Shown here in pieces: positions 14,555 to 27,400 of a stretch of 64,000 nt of DNA. The DNA is from Heterodontus francisci. Its lineage: Eukaryota. The position numbers were made by a program, and so were the translations under genes. The notes below the pieces were generated by a model, which did no database searches, was not told the origin of the DNA, and saw only the letters and a list, made by a program, of their open reading frames with translations. Position 1 is the first letter of the stretch, and every line of letters starts with the position of its first letter. The stretch is from positions 49,508,430 through 49,572,429 of the forward strand of contig NC_090399.1 in NCBI RefSeq assembly GCF_036365525.1, in the 5' to 3' direction.

Positions 14555-14624
14555 ATGGGACCATATATACTTCCACAGATAGAAGCAGTTTACTATCCCA
14601 TCCTCGCACTGGTTGGTGTGCCTG
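14555..14624 (+). CDS. GPR139-like GPCR gene 1, coding exon 1 (MGPYILPQIEAVYYPILALVGVP)
   Basis: ATG at 14555, phase-1 donor G|gtaggt at 14625; homologous to exon 1 of gene 2 and to the GPR139 N-terminus (VYY..LL.LGLP|AN); joins 22498 in frame. Confidence 0.85.
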
Positions 14625-15433
14625 GTAGGTTGGAACGAATTATTCCTTTTATATCAGAATGTGACTGTGTTAATGTTCTTGCTGCCAGTGAAAAGTGTTA
14701 GTTTTTATTCATTATAATTCAACTTCGTTTCAATGTTGTTATGTTATGCTAATATATGTTGTTAAAACGTGAACAGTCTCATTTACATAGCACGTAATGA
14801 TGGAGGTGGTCATTTCATCGAATGAGTCATGAAAGGAGACTAGTCTCTCAAATCGCACTGCTGGAGAAAATCTAATTCTGCAGTTCCAACAAGGAACCAG
14901 AGATTCAGGAAGGCGTACTGAATACTAAATCAGAAAATCGTCACTGAAACATGTGCCACAGCGATTTTAATTTTACCGTATGGCAAACTCGATATTTTAG
15001 GGTTTTTTTCTTGTTTGATCCGTTTGCATTTCTCTTGCTTTTATTTTTGGAATCCGCGCAATGTCGTGCTATTCTTTGAACGCGTTTCACAAATTAAATG
15101 ATCTGACAATGAAACTTTAAGAACTGGGACATTTCTTGACATTTGGAGCAGTTTAATGCCGTGGACAAGCTGACAATTTGAATTGCTAATCTTGTATATT
15201 CCTTAGTATTTCTATAAAACTATGCGCTGTATACTGAACAGAGAGTGTTGGCCCAAGCTGTGCAATTCTAAAAAGAGATGTAATTTCCCCCTTATATTGA
15301 GCACGGTACTGAGTGGCGGGCAGGTTCCAGTAAAGACATCGAAGTAAAAGAGTGGCTGTTCGTAAACTGAGCTCTGGGTGCTTAAGATCAATGAAGAGAT
15401 AAATTGTACACTGAATAAAAATGAACAATGTAT

Positions 15434-15767
15434 GGCACAGTGGCGCAGTGGTTAGCACTGCAGCCTCACAGCTCCAGGGACCCGGGTTCGATTCCGGGTA
15501 CTGCCTGTGTGGAGTTTGCAAGTTCTCCCTGTGTCTGCGTGGGTTTTCTCCGGGTGCTCCGGTTTCCTCCCACAAGCCAAAAGACTTGCAGGTTGACAGG
15601 TAAATTGGGAATAATAAATTGTCACTAGTATAGGTAGGTGGTAGGGAAATATAGGGACAGGTGGGGATGTTTGGTAGGAATATAGGATTAGTATAAATGG
15701 GTGGTTGATGTTCGGCACAGACTCGGTGGGCCGAAGGGCCTGTTTCAGTGCTGTATCTCTAATCTAA
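15434..15767 (+). mobile_element. HE1-type V-SINE
   Basis: tRNA head (ggcgcagtggttagc..gggttcgattcc), V-domain (gtggagtttgcaagttctccc..gtgctccggtttcctccc), CR1-like tail; absent at the paralogous site ~31395. Confidence 0.9.
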
Positions 15768-15999
15768 AAAATTCGATATAGTCCATATCTAGATGGGAAT
15801 CAAAAGAAACAAACCAGCAGAGAGGTTTTGTCTTTAAAGACTTTTAACGTCCAAGTATTGTCCGAAATGTGCAAATCATAATTCACATATGCAAGTTAAA
15901 CAATTCGTACTGTTCACAATGAATGTGACGGATGACGCTGTATGTTAAAGAATAGGCACAAATTCTTTGGAGAGATAGGTGATCGGTTGAGTCCTAAAT

Positions 16000-17000
16000 T
16001 GTTTTCTGCACAAAGGCACTGACGATACCTCGATTTTGTGCCGGTGCATGATGAAACCACTTTCGCACATGTATTTTAAAACAAACGGTATAAAAATCTT
16101 GACAACCTTATCTGACAAATTTGAGAAATCTGGTTCTATTTGGAGCCAAAACTGGACAACTGCTTTTGGCGGAACTCGGTTTTCAGTCCGTCATTATTTG
16201 AGAAGGTGCGCTGTGTTTTTCTATTGACATTTCTTGCAGCATAGGTACTGCAGAACAATCTGTGAAAGAGTTGGGGACCCAACAGTTTGCATTTCTCATT
16301 GAGGGAAAGGAATCACATAATTTCCTCGCAAGTTTAGTCAGATTTAGCTTGATATCACCTTTAACACTGTCCTGCAACTGTAGTCATTGGTTATCAGGAA
16401 CGAAGGCCTGTTTGGGAAACTTCCAGTGCTGTTTTGCTCCAAAAAGCGAGCCCAGAATTCAATCGTTTTGGCCATTGACTCAGTTTAATTTTGCGCATCT
16501 AATATGGTTGCACTCAACCGTTGAAGTGCTAAATTAAGCTCCTCCTGGCGAGACAATATATCTGAAAAGTATCCTAAACGTACGAGCCAGGCTTTATCCT
16601 GCAGGCATTGAAATAGTGGAAATGCGTGTTCTGTAAAGAATAACTTGACCACAGAGTGAAATTCACAGAAACGTGCCAAGGTCATGTCACGTGTCAGCCA
16701 TCAAAGCTCCATGTGGAGCAATAAATTAAAGTGCATGCCACACAATTAATGGTTTCGTGAAGAAAATATTGTGGACCGCAAGGCTTGAGCTTTTGTAAAG
16801 TTCATTATCTGCATAGCATTGTCCAGTTGGTAGGCATGCTTTTAGTAGCATTGCTTCCAAATGCAGATGGAAATGCCACCATAATGCATTGGAAGCGACT
16901 GCTTTGATATGATCACTATTCCATTCAGCCTACCGATCATCGACTTTGACCCAGCATTGCAGATGCCAAGATATTGGCCCGGTTTTTGTACTCATCGGTG
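16000..17000 (-). mobile_element. hAT (Buster/Charlie-type) transposase remnant
   Basis: ORF 16485-16685 LARFCE..WLVRLGYFSDI..ELNLALQ matches the Buster/ZBED5/SCAND3 core; paralog at 31630-32520. Confidence 0.7.
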
Positions 17001-17429
17001 AGTTGGCTGTGTCTGCACTGAAAAATTCGCACTGATGTAGTTTGATGACGGGAGCGAGATTTTTAACGTCTGGCTGTATCTTGGGCTGACAACACGAGGA
17101 ACAGCGAGACCGTAAAGTAAAGTTCATTCTGGGCGAAACCATGCACCGAAAACACGTTGATTAAGTCGAAACTCAGCTGAGTATTCTACAATGATTTCAA
17201 AATCATTTAAACACAGTTTAAAAAATTACAAACAGTCATATACTTTGTAAGCCATTGCAAGAAGATTAACATAATCTCATAAACCTTTTAACAGTCTTTT
17301 AAAAACTTTAAAAACTTAAAAATAAATGGGAAAATGCATTCGGGACATTAAAAAGACGAGACAGCTTTTCTGAAAAGCATTTATTTACACAGTTACTTCT
17401 TCACCGAAAAGACGTTGGCACCGCAACAG

Positions 17430-17665
17430 ACAGATAAGAGAAACAGATGTCATAACTTCAGTAAATAAGACCTCTACACAATTCTCAATGAGGTGGAGGC
17501 AAAGTGTCACCAGCTTATTGGTAACATTAAGTGTAGTGTGTCCAGCATAGTTAGCATCTTAGTGTGGAAGGAGGTCACAGAGGCTGTGAAAGCTAACAGC
17601 ACCGTTCCATACACCAGAAAGCAATGTCACAAGAAATTGAATGATTTAATGCAATCTACCGTGCT
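17430..17665 (+). mobile_element. PIF/Harbinger Myb/SANT ORF remnant
   Basis: WKEVTEAVKANS..YTRKQCHKKLNDL resembles the Myb_DNA-bind_5 trihelix signature. Confidence 0.55.
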
Positions 17666-17929
17666 TAGCAGAGCTCTTTTTTACTTTATGTTCTGTGTAA
17701 GATTTTAAAGTTTATTAAACGAAGACCTTGTTTTTGTGTGGATGAGGCATTCAGGGTTACATGACGTCAAGTTGTTGTACAATTCACTTGCCTTTTGAGA
17801 CAGGGCTCACTAAGTGCTTAGAAAGATCTATTATCTGCACCGCACAAAGTGGAATGTGAAACTATCTCCAACCCACCCAACAAGTATTACCCAAACCACC
17901 AAAGAGGCACCAAGTGATACTTATTTTGC

Positions 17930-18360
17930 ATGTTTGTTTCGAGTAAAATGGCGTTCATTGACTGGCGTTGATGTGGCCTTTCTGAAGGATCTTCGTTTCT
18001 TGGTGTCATCTTCTTCCAGAAGGTTGATTGCCATGGATCTCTACCTCTGTCTATCCTGTGCTGTCCTTACACATTCTGCACAGGTCAACTGCATCCAGTC
18101 TATTATATATTATATCTGTCATCCATTTTCTTCTCTGCTTTCTTGTCCTATGTTTTCCATCGATCTTTCCGTCCAATAATTGTCTCTGTCTACGTTCTGC
18201 TCTAATGTTGTGACCAAAGTAATGTATCTTTTTCTCTTTGATGCTATGCACTAATTTCCTCTTTTCTACAGCCATTTCTAGCACTTCCTCATTAGTCTTT
18301 TTGTCTGTGTAGGATATGTGGAAAATTCTCTGATATGTCCACATCTCTTTCGTCCATGTT
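17930..18360 (-). mobile_element. RTE (BovB/Expander-like) 3' fragment
   Basis: ORF 18051-18344 ISYTDKKTNEEVL..YFGHNIR..LLDGKIDGK..RKQRRKWM. Confidence 0.8.
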
Positions 18361-18389
18361 TGTACCGAGGTATAATGAGGCCAGGAGTT

Positions 18390-19177
18390 GAGTGGCCCTG
18401 GCAGAACCCAAACTCAGTGCCACAAAAGTGCCAGGCAATGACCATCTTCAACAAGAGAGAATCCAATCATCTCCTTTTGACATTCATTCACCATCACTGA
18501 ATCCCGCACCATGAACATTCTGGGGATTACCATGGACCAGAAAATGAACTGGACAAGCCATATAAGTATTCTGGCGACACGACAGGTCAAAGGCTCTGAA
18601 TTCTGCAGCGAGTAACTCATCTCCTGACTCCCCAATGCCTGTCCGCCATCTAAAAGATACAAGTCACGACTGTGATGGATTAATTTCCACTTGCCTGGAT
18701 GGGTGCAGCTCCAACAAAACTCAAGAAGCTTGTCCCCATCCAGGACAAAGCAACCCCCAAGATTGGCACCCCAGCCACAACCTTCAACATTCCCCTTCAT
18801 CACTGATGCTCAGTTGCAGCAGTGTGAAGCATCTATAAGATGCACGCAGCAACTCACCAAGGGTCTTTTGGCTGCACCTTCCAAATCCGGTCGCACTTCC
18901 AAGGATAAGGACCGCAGACGCATGGGGACACCACCACCTGCAAGTTCCCCTCCAAGCCACACACCATCTTTACTTGGAACTATATCGCCGTTCCTTCACT
19001 GTCACCAGGTCATAATCCTGGAACTCCCTTCCTAACAGCACTGTGGGTGTTCCTACCCCACATGGACTGCAGTGGTTCGAGAAGACAGCTCACCACCACC
19101 TTGTCAAGGACAATTAGGGATGGGCAATAAATGCTGACCTGGCCAACGTCGCCCAAATCCGTGAAAGATTAAAAAAT
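18390..19177 (+). mobile_element. L2/CR1-superfamily LINE 3' fragment (same family as 36490-38833)
   Basis: Collinear with 37730-38833; tail caattagggatgggcaataaatgctg..cgccca.atcc. Confidence 0.8.
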
Positions 19178-19788
19178 AGATATCAATGATGGGATGATTG
19201 CTGTGTTTACAATATCGATAATTAGCAATTTGGAAAATAGAACTCCACCTCTAAAACTAACCAGCTACAAGTTAGAATATACCCAAATCAATGAGGACTC
19301 GAGAGATCGTCTTGTAATTCTTTTGCATGTTACTGTCGGGAAACATTTGAGTTGCCAAAGGGTTAGGTAGATTCCTGCACGTGCGATTGCTTGTGGATTA
19401 TCGGCTGTATCAATCTGCTTCAATGGCAGTCAAGGTATATATTATTCAAATACGCCTTGGCGGGGTGGAGTGGGGCTTTCCGGGGTTTGGGGGGGGTGGG
19501 GAGGGGGGCATGGGAAGGGGCATGGATTTATCAAAGTGCTTCGAACACGGATAACAAACATTAAATAAAAGCGGTTAATAATCAAAGGGACGATATTCCA
19601 CACATTGAAATATGATTGGTCAAATTGGAATTCCTTCTATTTTAAAGCGGCATAGTGCTGTGGCTGCCGTGGAATACGCCTTGATGTGGATTGGAGTCTA
19701 GAAGCTAGACAAAGGAAAGCGTGAATGACCTGCCAGTGTCATGTAAATGAAAGCAATAACAGGGAGAAATGTTTGTCTGTATTTTCTT

Positions 19789-21076
19789 TGGAAATTAGTC
19801 TTAAACACCATTCAAAAATTTGTGCTGCAGGCTCAATGTTGCTGAAAAATGGGAATGTGGCCCATGATATACTTTAACACATTTACGATCTGGAATTTTA
19901 CTTTTTGGAGCTGGGGGGCAGGGGTGTGATGGGGTTATTGCGTATTGGCATGTCAAACTAGAAACAGTGTTACTTATCAATAACATTGTTTGATGCAGTG
20001 AAACATCAATTATCTGAGCTGACAGGGCAAATGGATGTTCATGGGTAATGAAAGTACTGATCAATAAAGAAAATCAAAGTGAATCATGACAACCTTGGCA
20101 GCGCTGACGTCATCAGGCTGCGCCGCGGTGCGCACATGCGCACACGGTCACCTGCTCTCTGTGCATGCGCTGCTGTCCGGCTTGCCAGGGCCGTTTTGCG
20201 CATGCGCAGATGGCGTCATCGCGTAACGTCGTCTTCCTCGGGCAACGCGCCAGGTTGGCCTAAAGATGGCGCTGCTCAAAGAATCACACAGAGGAAACCT
20301 AACAAACACGTGGCAGCATAGAATGGCCGGAGTGAGAGAGTGGAGCGGGCCGGGGAGAGCAGCGCGGGGGGCGGGGAGACCAGCGGTGGCGGGGGGGGTA
20401 AAGAGGGAGAGAGGGGGGGGGAAAGAGGGAGGGGGGAGAGGGGGGGGGGAGAGAGGGGGGGAAAGAGGGAGAGAGGGGGGTAAAGAGGGAGAGAGGGGGG
20501 AAGAGGGAGAGAGGGGGAAGAGGGAGACAAGGGAGAGAGGGGGGAAAGAGGGAGAGGGAGAGAGGGGGAAGAGGGAGAGGGAGAGGGGGAGGGAAGAGGG
20601 AGGGAGGGGAAGAGGGAGGGGGGAAGAGGGAGGAGGGGAGGGAGAAAGGGAAGGGGTGGCGGAGAGGGAGGGGGTGGGGGAGAGGGAGGGGCGTGGGGGC
20701 GGGGGAGAGTGGGGGGGGGGAGGCAGCCTGATGACGTCAGCGCTGCCAAGCGTTGTCATGAATCACTTTGATCTTCTTTATTGATCAGTACTTTCATTAC
20801 CCATGAACATCCATTTGCCCTGTCAGCTCAGATAATTGAAGTTTCACTGCATCAAACAATGTTATTGATAAGTAACACTGTTTCTCGTTTGACATTCCAA
20901 TACGCAATAACCCCATCACACCCCTGCCCCCCCCCCCCCCCCCCCCCCCCCCAGCTCCAAAAAGTAAAATTCCAGATCGTAAATGTGTTAAAGTATATCA
21001 TGGGTCACATTCCCATTTTTCAGCAACATTGAGCCTGCAGCACAAATTTTTGAATGGTGTTTAAGACTAATTTCCA
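19789..21076. repeat. Long near-perfect inverted repeat (arms 19789-20121 and 20723-21076) around a CpG-rich and polypurine core
   Basis: Arms are reverse complements (mirror ORFs 19801-20064 - and 20781-21032 +); few substitutions; G6 versus ~C26 run. Confidence 0.95.
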
Positions 21077-21649
21077 CACCTCTAATGCAAGCCTGAGCAA
21101 CTCAACCCTCCCGGCAACATTGCCTGTGCATAATGAAATATTTTCTCTCAAGATTATCGACATGACAATTCATATGGACAAAGGATCAATAAAAATGGCA
21201 AACCAAATTTATGTTTTGGTGCTGCGAGTTTACATAAATTATTCTATAATTATCATTGGCGTTTACAGTTGCCATAACCTTATTATAAAAGCCTGAAACG
21301 TACATCTTGATCCGATGATGTGAACGGATTAGGCTCATTCTTACTGCGACACACAACAGTTTTTAAGGGCATAAAATGAAAACAAAATTACTCCGTTCCT
21401 CCAGAAAACCAGCATTTAATGGATAAATATAGGCCTATTTCGTTAAACAACATAAAAATAAATCACTGAATTTATGTTGGAAGTCAAACGAGACAATTTA
21501 AATGAGACTTTCCATCCAATTCAGGTTCATTGAAGTGGTAAAATGCTGTGGATGCCGGAGAGTACGGTATGATGTTGTAGGAGCCTAGAATTTAAACAAG
21601 ATAGTTAGTAGGATAGAGTGGACGGGATGTGCAAGAGAATCCGGCAGAG

Positions 21650-21700
21650 ATGTCTCATCTGCCCGAAGGCGTACGCGTACTATAGTTTGGGAAATGCTCA
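21650..21700. mobile_element. Probable hAT Charlie/Buster terminus (paralog ~34640-34688)
   Basis: gtacgcgtac..agtttgggaaatgct resembles Charlie-type subterminal and TIR sequence. Confidence 0.4.
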
Positions 21701-22497
21701 TTTAGCATAACTGCGAGATAGTAAATTCACCCCCTACGCAAGATATGTTCTACCAATTGTTTTGTTGCTTTGCAATGTCATGAACACTGATTCATTCATT
21801 GAGTTTTTGATTCTCTGATTCTGTGATTCCTGGATTGACTGATTTATTGGAGGAATTTTGACTTTCGTCGATCCCGTTAAATGAGCGACTTCGGATCAAC
21901 CACTTGTTCTACATTTCTCCCAATGTTTATTTCCTTTTAGTCCAATAGAAAGGAAAATCAAGAGAGAATAATAATGGCCAGCTGATCCGATGTCTCACAT
22001 TTTACACTATCCCCCGTATTTACATCTTTCCCGATTGTATTTCCATATAAGTAACTGGAAAGGAAAATGGAGAGACATGTAAAGTAAGCTGCTCGTCGCA
22101 ACCTTTCAGTTACACTCTTACACAAAGTCAATATCGTCCCAAGGTCATCACAGCTTCCTTCTTATAGGTTCCTATTAATTGTAAGGAAGGTGCACAATGT
22201 GTCTGATCAACATTGTCTGTGGAAGACAGATTTACCTGGGAAATATCAATCCATTCTGCAGCATTTATCTATTAGAGGTAACATAAGCTGTACAGAGCGT
22301 GAAAATGGCTGCTGAATCATGCTGAGTCGGTTTCGAGCTACTGCCTGAGATCCATTGCACATTATTACCCGAAGCAAAAGGAAACGGAGCAACTGCACAA
22401 AACATTTGGAGTTCAATTCCATATAGCATATTGTCAAACTGATCATTCCAGTGAATTGAGTGCAATTAGTATTTTTCACTTTCATTTTTTCTTGTAG

Positions 22498-23417
22498 GTA
22501 ATCTATTGTCGATTGTGATTCTCTGTCGTGGAAAGTGTGGACTTTCTAAATGTATCACTCGTTACATGGTGGCCATGGCAGCGGCAGATCTACTGGTGAT
22601 AATATTTGATGTGATATTGTATGAGATTAATTACATGTATTTCTCATATTCGTTCTTGGATTACACGCCAGTTTGCAGTCTAAACATGGCTCTGATTGTT
22701 GCAACCATAGATTGTTCTGTCTGGTTAACTGTCGCTTTCACCTTTGATCGATTCATCACTATTTGTTGCCAGAAATTGAGAGTCAAATATTGCACAGGAA
22801 GAACGGCGGCCATAGTTATAGCCACTGTCTTTGGACTGAGCTTTGTAGAAAACATTCCAATTTACTTTGAAACTGAACATCTGGAAATGATTAACAATAC
22901 AGCGTGGTCCTGCCGTTTAAAGTCAACCTCCTCGAGTTCACCTGCATCGATAGCATATTTCTTCTTTGACATTACCTTAACACCATTTGCACCATTTTTG
23001 CTGATTGTGTTGCTCAATGCACTGACGATCAGGCACATTGTACGGGCCAGTAGAGTGAGGAGGGGACTCCGGGAAAACAATAATAGTGAGATACACAATG
23101 ATCCAGAGATGGAGAACCGAATGAAATCCATCATATTACTGCTCGCCATCTCTAGCTCTTTCATCCTTTTATGGATGGTAACATTTGTTTATTATATATG
23201 TACACACTTTGCGGGCATTCTGTTTACGCTCACAGATTACAATGATCCATTCGCCATCATGGAGCACACTGGATACATGCTTCAGCGTTTGAGTTCATGT
23301 ACAAACACATTTATCTATGCAGTGGCTCAGGCTAAATTCAGAGAGGAATTGAAAAATCTCCTTAAATATCCCTGGTCTCAAATTGTTAGGTTAGTGGCTT
23401 CAAAAATTAAAACTTAA
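22498..23417 (+). CDS. GPR139-like GPCR gene 1, exon 2 (TM1 end to TM7); spliced protein 329 aa
   Basis: Acceptor ttttttcttgtag|GT; AAADLLV, PVCSL, TFDRF, ENIP, ECL2 Cys, DPEMENR, LLWM, SSCTNTFIY; uninterrupted to TAA. Confidence 0.93.
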
Positions 23418-23510
23418 TGTCATCTGAATTCAATGCAGCAATTCCCCAACATAGATCACAATATTCATTCTGAATCCATTGATAATCATATGGCACTTTA
23501 TCTTTCCAGC

Positions 23511-23514
<4 letters not shown>

Positions 23515-23550
<36 letters not shown>
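23515..23550. repeat. (TC)18 microsatellite
   Basis: Direct reading. Confidence 0.95.
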
Positions 23551-23553
<3 letters not shown>

Positions 23554-24959
23554 GTCCCTCTTTCTCTAACATATTAATAAGTGAGAGAACAAATTTTCTG
23601 AAGGAATGTGTCGCGTGACTGAATCCAGGTAAAGTCTTGCAGGGTGAAATTATTTTTGGGCAGCATCGCAGTTTGAGCGATAACAAAGCATCCGAAGCAT
23701 CCGCAGTATTTTGTTTTTATTATAGAAGGCATATGTTCTGTGCAATCGTACAGCCATGTATTTAATTTTCCTACAAGGGTGGTGTGTGTGTGGGGAGGGG
23801 GGATTTAATAATTTTACAGAGTGAGGACTATCTGAGTGCACATTAAGATCTCCAAAATTACTTTTAGCACTATACCAGAATCATGAAGCATGCCATACCT
23901 GAATATATCGGGCATCTGGTTTGAATGAAGAGGGAGGGAGTGTTTAATTTGGATCAACTTATCCCAATACTCCTTCGCTGGTTTTGATTTAGGGATATCA
24001 TTTTATCAGGAAATGGGGAAAACTGACATCTATTTGAATGCTCCCATAAGGACATAAGGTGGCCCAGAACAGAAAGATGACTCATGGGTCAACATATCGC
24101 TTCATCAGTTGCACCACCTTTCCAGAATAATTTCGATGTTTGTCTTTTACTTTGTTAGAATTTTTAAGTTATTCTAAGCAGCCGACATCTGAATTTAGGA
24201 TAAGCAATCTTGTGTTCGCTAACTCTCATAATCAGGCACTGGGATGAAAATGTCCCATTATTATTGTTTTCCAGACCCGACTATTCCGTAGTAATGATAA
24301 AGTTCCAGCTGTAATCGTTCGTTTTTAGTCAAATTGACAGCTTGAAAAAACGGATGAAACGGATGTGATGACGCAATCTCCCGAACATATTACAATTTTC
24401 CTTCATCAAATTCAAGTTAAAACAACTTCAGCAGGCGTCTGAAACTGAAGGTTGAAATAAAATATCAAAATAAAATAAAATAAGATTTGGCGATTCATTC
24501 CGGTCAATCCTGGAGGAAATAGTAAAGTATAAATGATATATTTGACAGCCAACAGATTGTTTTAATTCTTTATTTTCCTAATTTCGTCTAATTGTATTTA
24601 CCTGCATGAGCCCAGCCCATCAAATATTCATGTACAAACAACGCGACTTCAAATGATTATGCAGTGTTATTTCTTTAAATTCAACACCGTTCAGAAAAGG
24701 GGACGAAGCATACTTGTTATAACTATATTTATCATTTCACTTATTTTCTGATTTTAAAATTGTCAGTTTGAATTAATAAACTAATTCTAATCTCATCTAT
24801 CTTTCCTACGTCGTGAATTACACACCCTCCCAGCGATTTGAATGATCAGAATATAGGTTACTGACCCAGTTTTAGGTCCGGTACACAAAGTCACCCATAA
24901 TCTGCAGATTCTCCCTCTTCCTATGTAGTAAATTTGAAAGTTATAAATTCTTTTCCGTT

Positions 24960-27400
24960 AACAATCACAATGCCAGGCAAACCGCCCCAAGGCGCTTTAC
25001 AAGAGCGTAACCAACCAAAAAATCACTCTGAGCCAAAGGACAAGGTATTTGGCCTTGGGCCAAAGAGGTGGAATTTAAGGGTGGTCTTAAAGGGGAGATG
25101 TCGAAGAGGAGACCTTCAGGAAAGAAATTCTACAGCTTGGGGCCTCGATGGCTGAAGGCACAGCCGCCAATGTTGGAAAGAATTAAGTGTAGAGCTGAGG
25201 GGGAAGGTCAACTAAAAGCCGGATTTGGAGGAACGCAGAATTCTCAGAGAATTGTAGAGCTGGGGGTGGGGGTGCCGGGGGGTTACAGAGACAGGGAGGG
25301 AAGAAGAAACTGAAAGATTTTAAGAGAAAGATTAAAATCGAGTGGCTGATGGACTTGGAATAAATGCAGGTCAGCGAACTCAGGAATGATGGGCGAACGA
25401 GACTTTGCGCGAGTTAGGATACTGGAACCAGAGTCTTTATTTCGCTCAAATATTTGGAAGGTGGATGTTGAGAAACCAGCTAGGGTACTTCTGTAAAAAT
25501 CAAACCTGAAGATAACAAAAGCATTTATAAGAATTCTATCAGCTTAGACAGGCAATGTAACGGAAGTGGATATAGTTGGTCTTTGCGATGGACATGGTAT
25601 GAAGTTGGAATTTCAACTCAGATTCAAATAGGACGCCACAGTTTCGACCAATCTGATTCAGCCTGAGACAACGGCCAAGATTATCGAATTGGTAGGTAGC
25701 AAAGCTTGTGTAGGGTCCAGGATTTTGGTTTTGGTTTTCCCAATGAATAACTGGAGAAAATTAGGGCTGATTCGGGATTTAATATGAAACAAGCAACCTG
25801 ACAATATACAGACAGTGCTAATGTGGAAAGGGGTGGGTGTGAGGCCGAGCTGGGTGGCCTCAGCGGAAATATAGAACCTCATGCCATATATTCTGATGAT
25901 GTCCCTGAAGGTGAAGTTGTAGATATGAAACAGGAAGGGGACAAGCGGCTCCGGAGCAACTGGCATAGGAGAGGGATGAAAACTCATTGAAGGAAATTCT
26001 CTGTCTGTAACTCGATAAGTGAGAGGTTAACCTGGCGACAAATGTTACATTAGGCTAGGCAATGGAGGAGAGTTGTTGTAGGAGAATGGTACAGTCAACC
26101 CTATCAAAGTCAGCAGGCAGTTCGAGGTGAAAGATGAGGGATATTGCACCACGGTTACAGGCACATTGGATGTCATTTGTGGCCTGGAAACCTGATTGGA
26201 GAGATCCAAACAGGAATTGTGGGAAAAATGGGTGCATATGTTGGCGGAGACAAAGCGATGAAGGACTGTGAAGCTGAACCAATGGTTGGTGATGGAGCAG
26301 CAGTTTGATCATGCCGCGATTCAAGGTCGGAATTTTTGTGGTGGGGGTGATGACGTGAAATTTAAAGGGAAGTACCAGAGGTGATTCAAGTGTGAATAAT
26401 CAGTATGGGGCCTCAGCAAGACAGTTTGGTATTTAACAGTTAAATGGGGAGAAGTTAGAAAGATCAGGAGTTATTCTCTACAACAAAGTATTACCGAAAC
26501 TTGCCTGAGGAGAGAGAGAGTAGAGAAGCTAAAGGCACGAGTTGAAGGGCTGGGGTTAGGGCCTCGAAGGACCTTTGACATGGTATGAAAGGGAAATGGA
26601 AGAATATGTCACCTGAATCTGAACAAATCTTCCTGTCAAAAAGGTCCCTCGCACTTGTTGGAAGTGCATATGGTTGGGACGGGAATGGGGAACTCTTTAA
26701 GAAGATGATTGGTGCTCGAAGAAAGAAGCGAGGGCTATCTCTGTAGTCCATGATGTCTTGAGCACTGAGCAGATTTTGCAGAGGAAGGTGGATGTGAGTG
26801 GTAAAGGATAGAAAGCAGTTATCAGAAATGGTCTTGCCTCTCATTGGGATGGTAGGAATTGGAAAGATACGTGAGATGGAAGTTTAAAGCTGTGGTCGTG
26901 AATATGGGCAGAAAATTTTAAACAAGCACGACAGCGATGTAATGAATTCAGAGGGAGAGCAAAGTGAATTGAATAGGAGGTTCAAATCAACAAGGCTGTG
27001 AAGATACTCCGTGCAGATGCTGAGGGATGCTGAGGGACCTCAGCAGTGGAAATATGAATCTATACCTTGTGTGAGCGATAATGAGGATTTAAAACGATAG
27101 GAGTGAAACAAGCTGAGTTCCTGCAAGGAGGCGTTAGTGTCAGGTGAGTATGGATACAGATCAAGTTGAAAATTAATGATAATGGCCACATCACCCATGT
27201 CAGTTTGGGCTGGGCAGGTTTTGGAAAGAACAGCAGACAGCCTGTTACTTGGGAATATCAATGACGGAATGGAATAGGAGATGAAACAACTAATGAATTG
27301 ATAGGGCTTTCAGAGAATACCAACAGAGGCCCAGTGGGAGTCTGTCGCATTTCCTAGCGACCGTCAAGCCTGAGTTGCAGCAAGAGAGTAGGAAAGTCCA
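24960..27400 (-). mobile_element. L2 LINE remnant
   Basis: ORF 26055-26324 QSGFQ..TNDIQCAC..LELPADFDRVDCTILLQQL is a degenerate L2 RT. Confidence 0.75.

Larger units (their letters stand above)
8660..21860 (+). repeat. Segmental-duplication unit copy 1 (carries GPCR1 exon 1 and most of its intron)
   Basis: Collinear blocks matching 23700-34860: 8881~23961, 12830~30125, 15121~31081, 19180~32885, 21090-21860~33990-34860. Confidence 0.8.

Noticed and set aside
15434-15500. tRNA-like sequence (also ~38305 and ~7750-7826)
   Set aside because: SINE heads, not full cloverleaf tRNA genes
20148-20784. Long ORFs (203, 172 and 157 aa)
   Set aside because: Arise from the stop-free polypurine tract; no domain content
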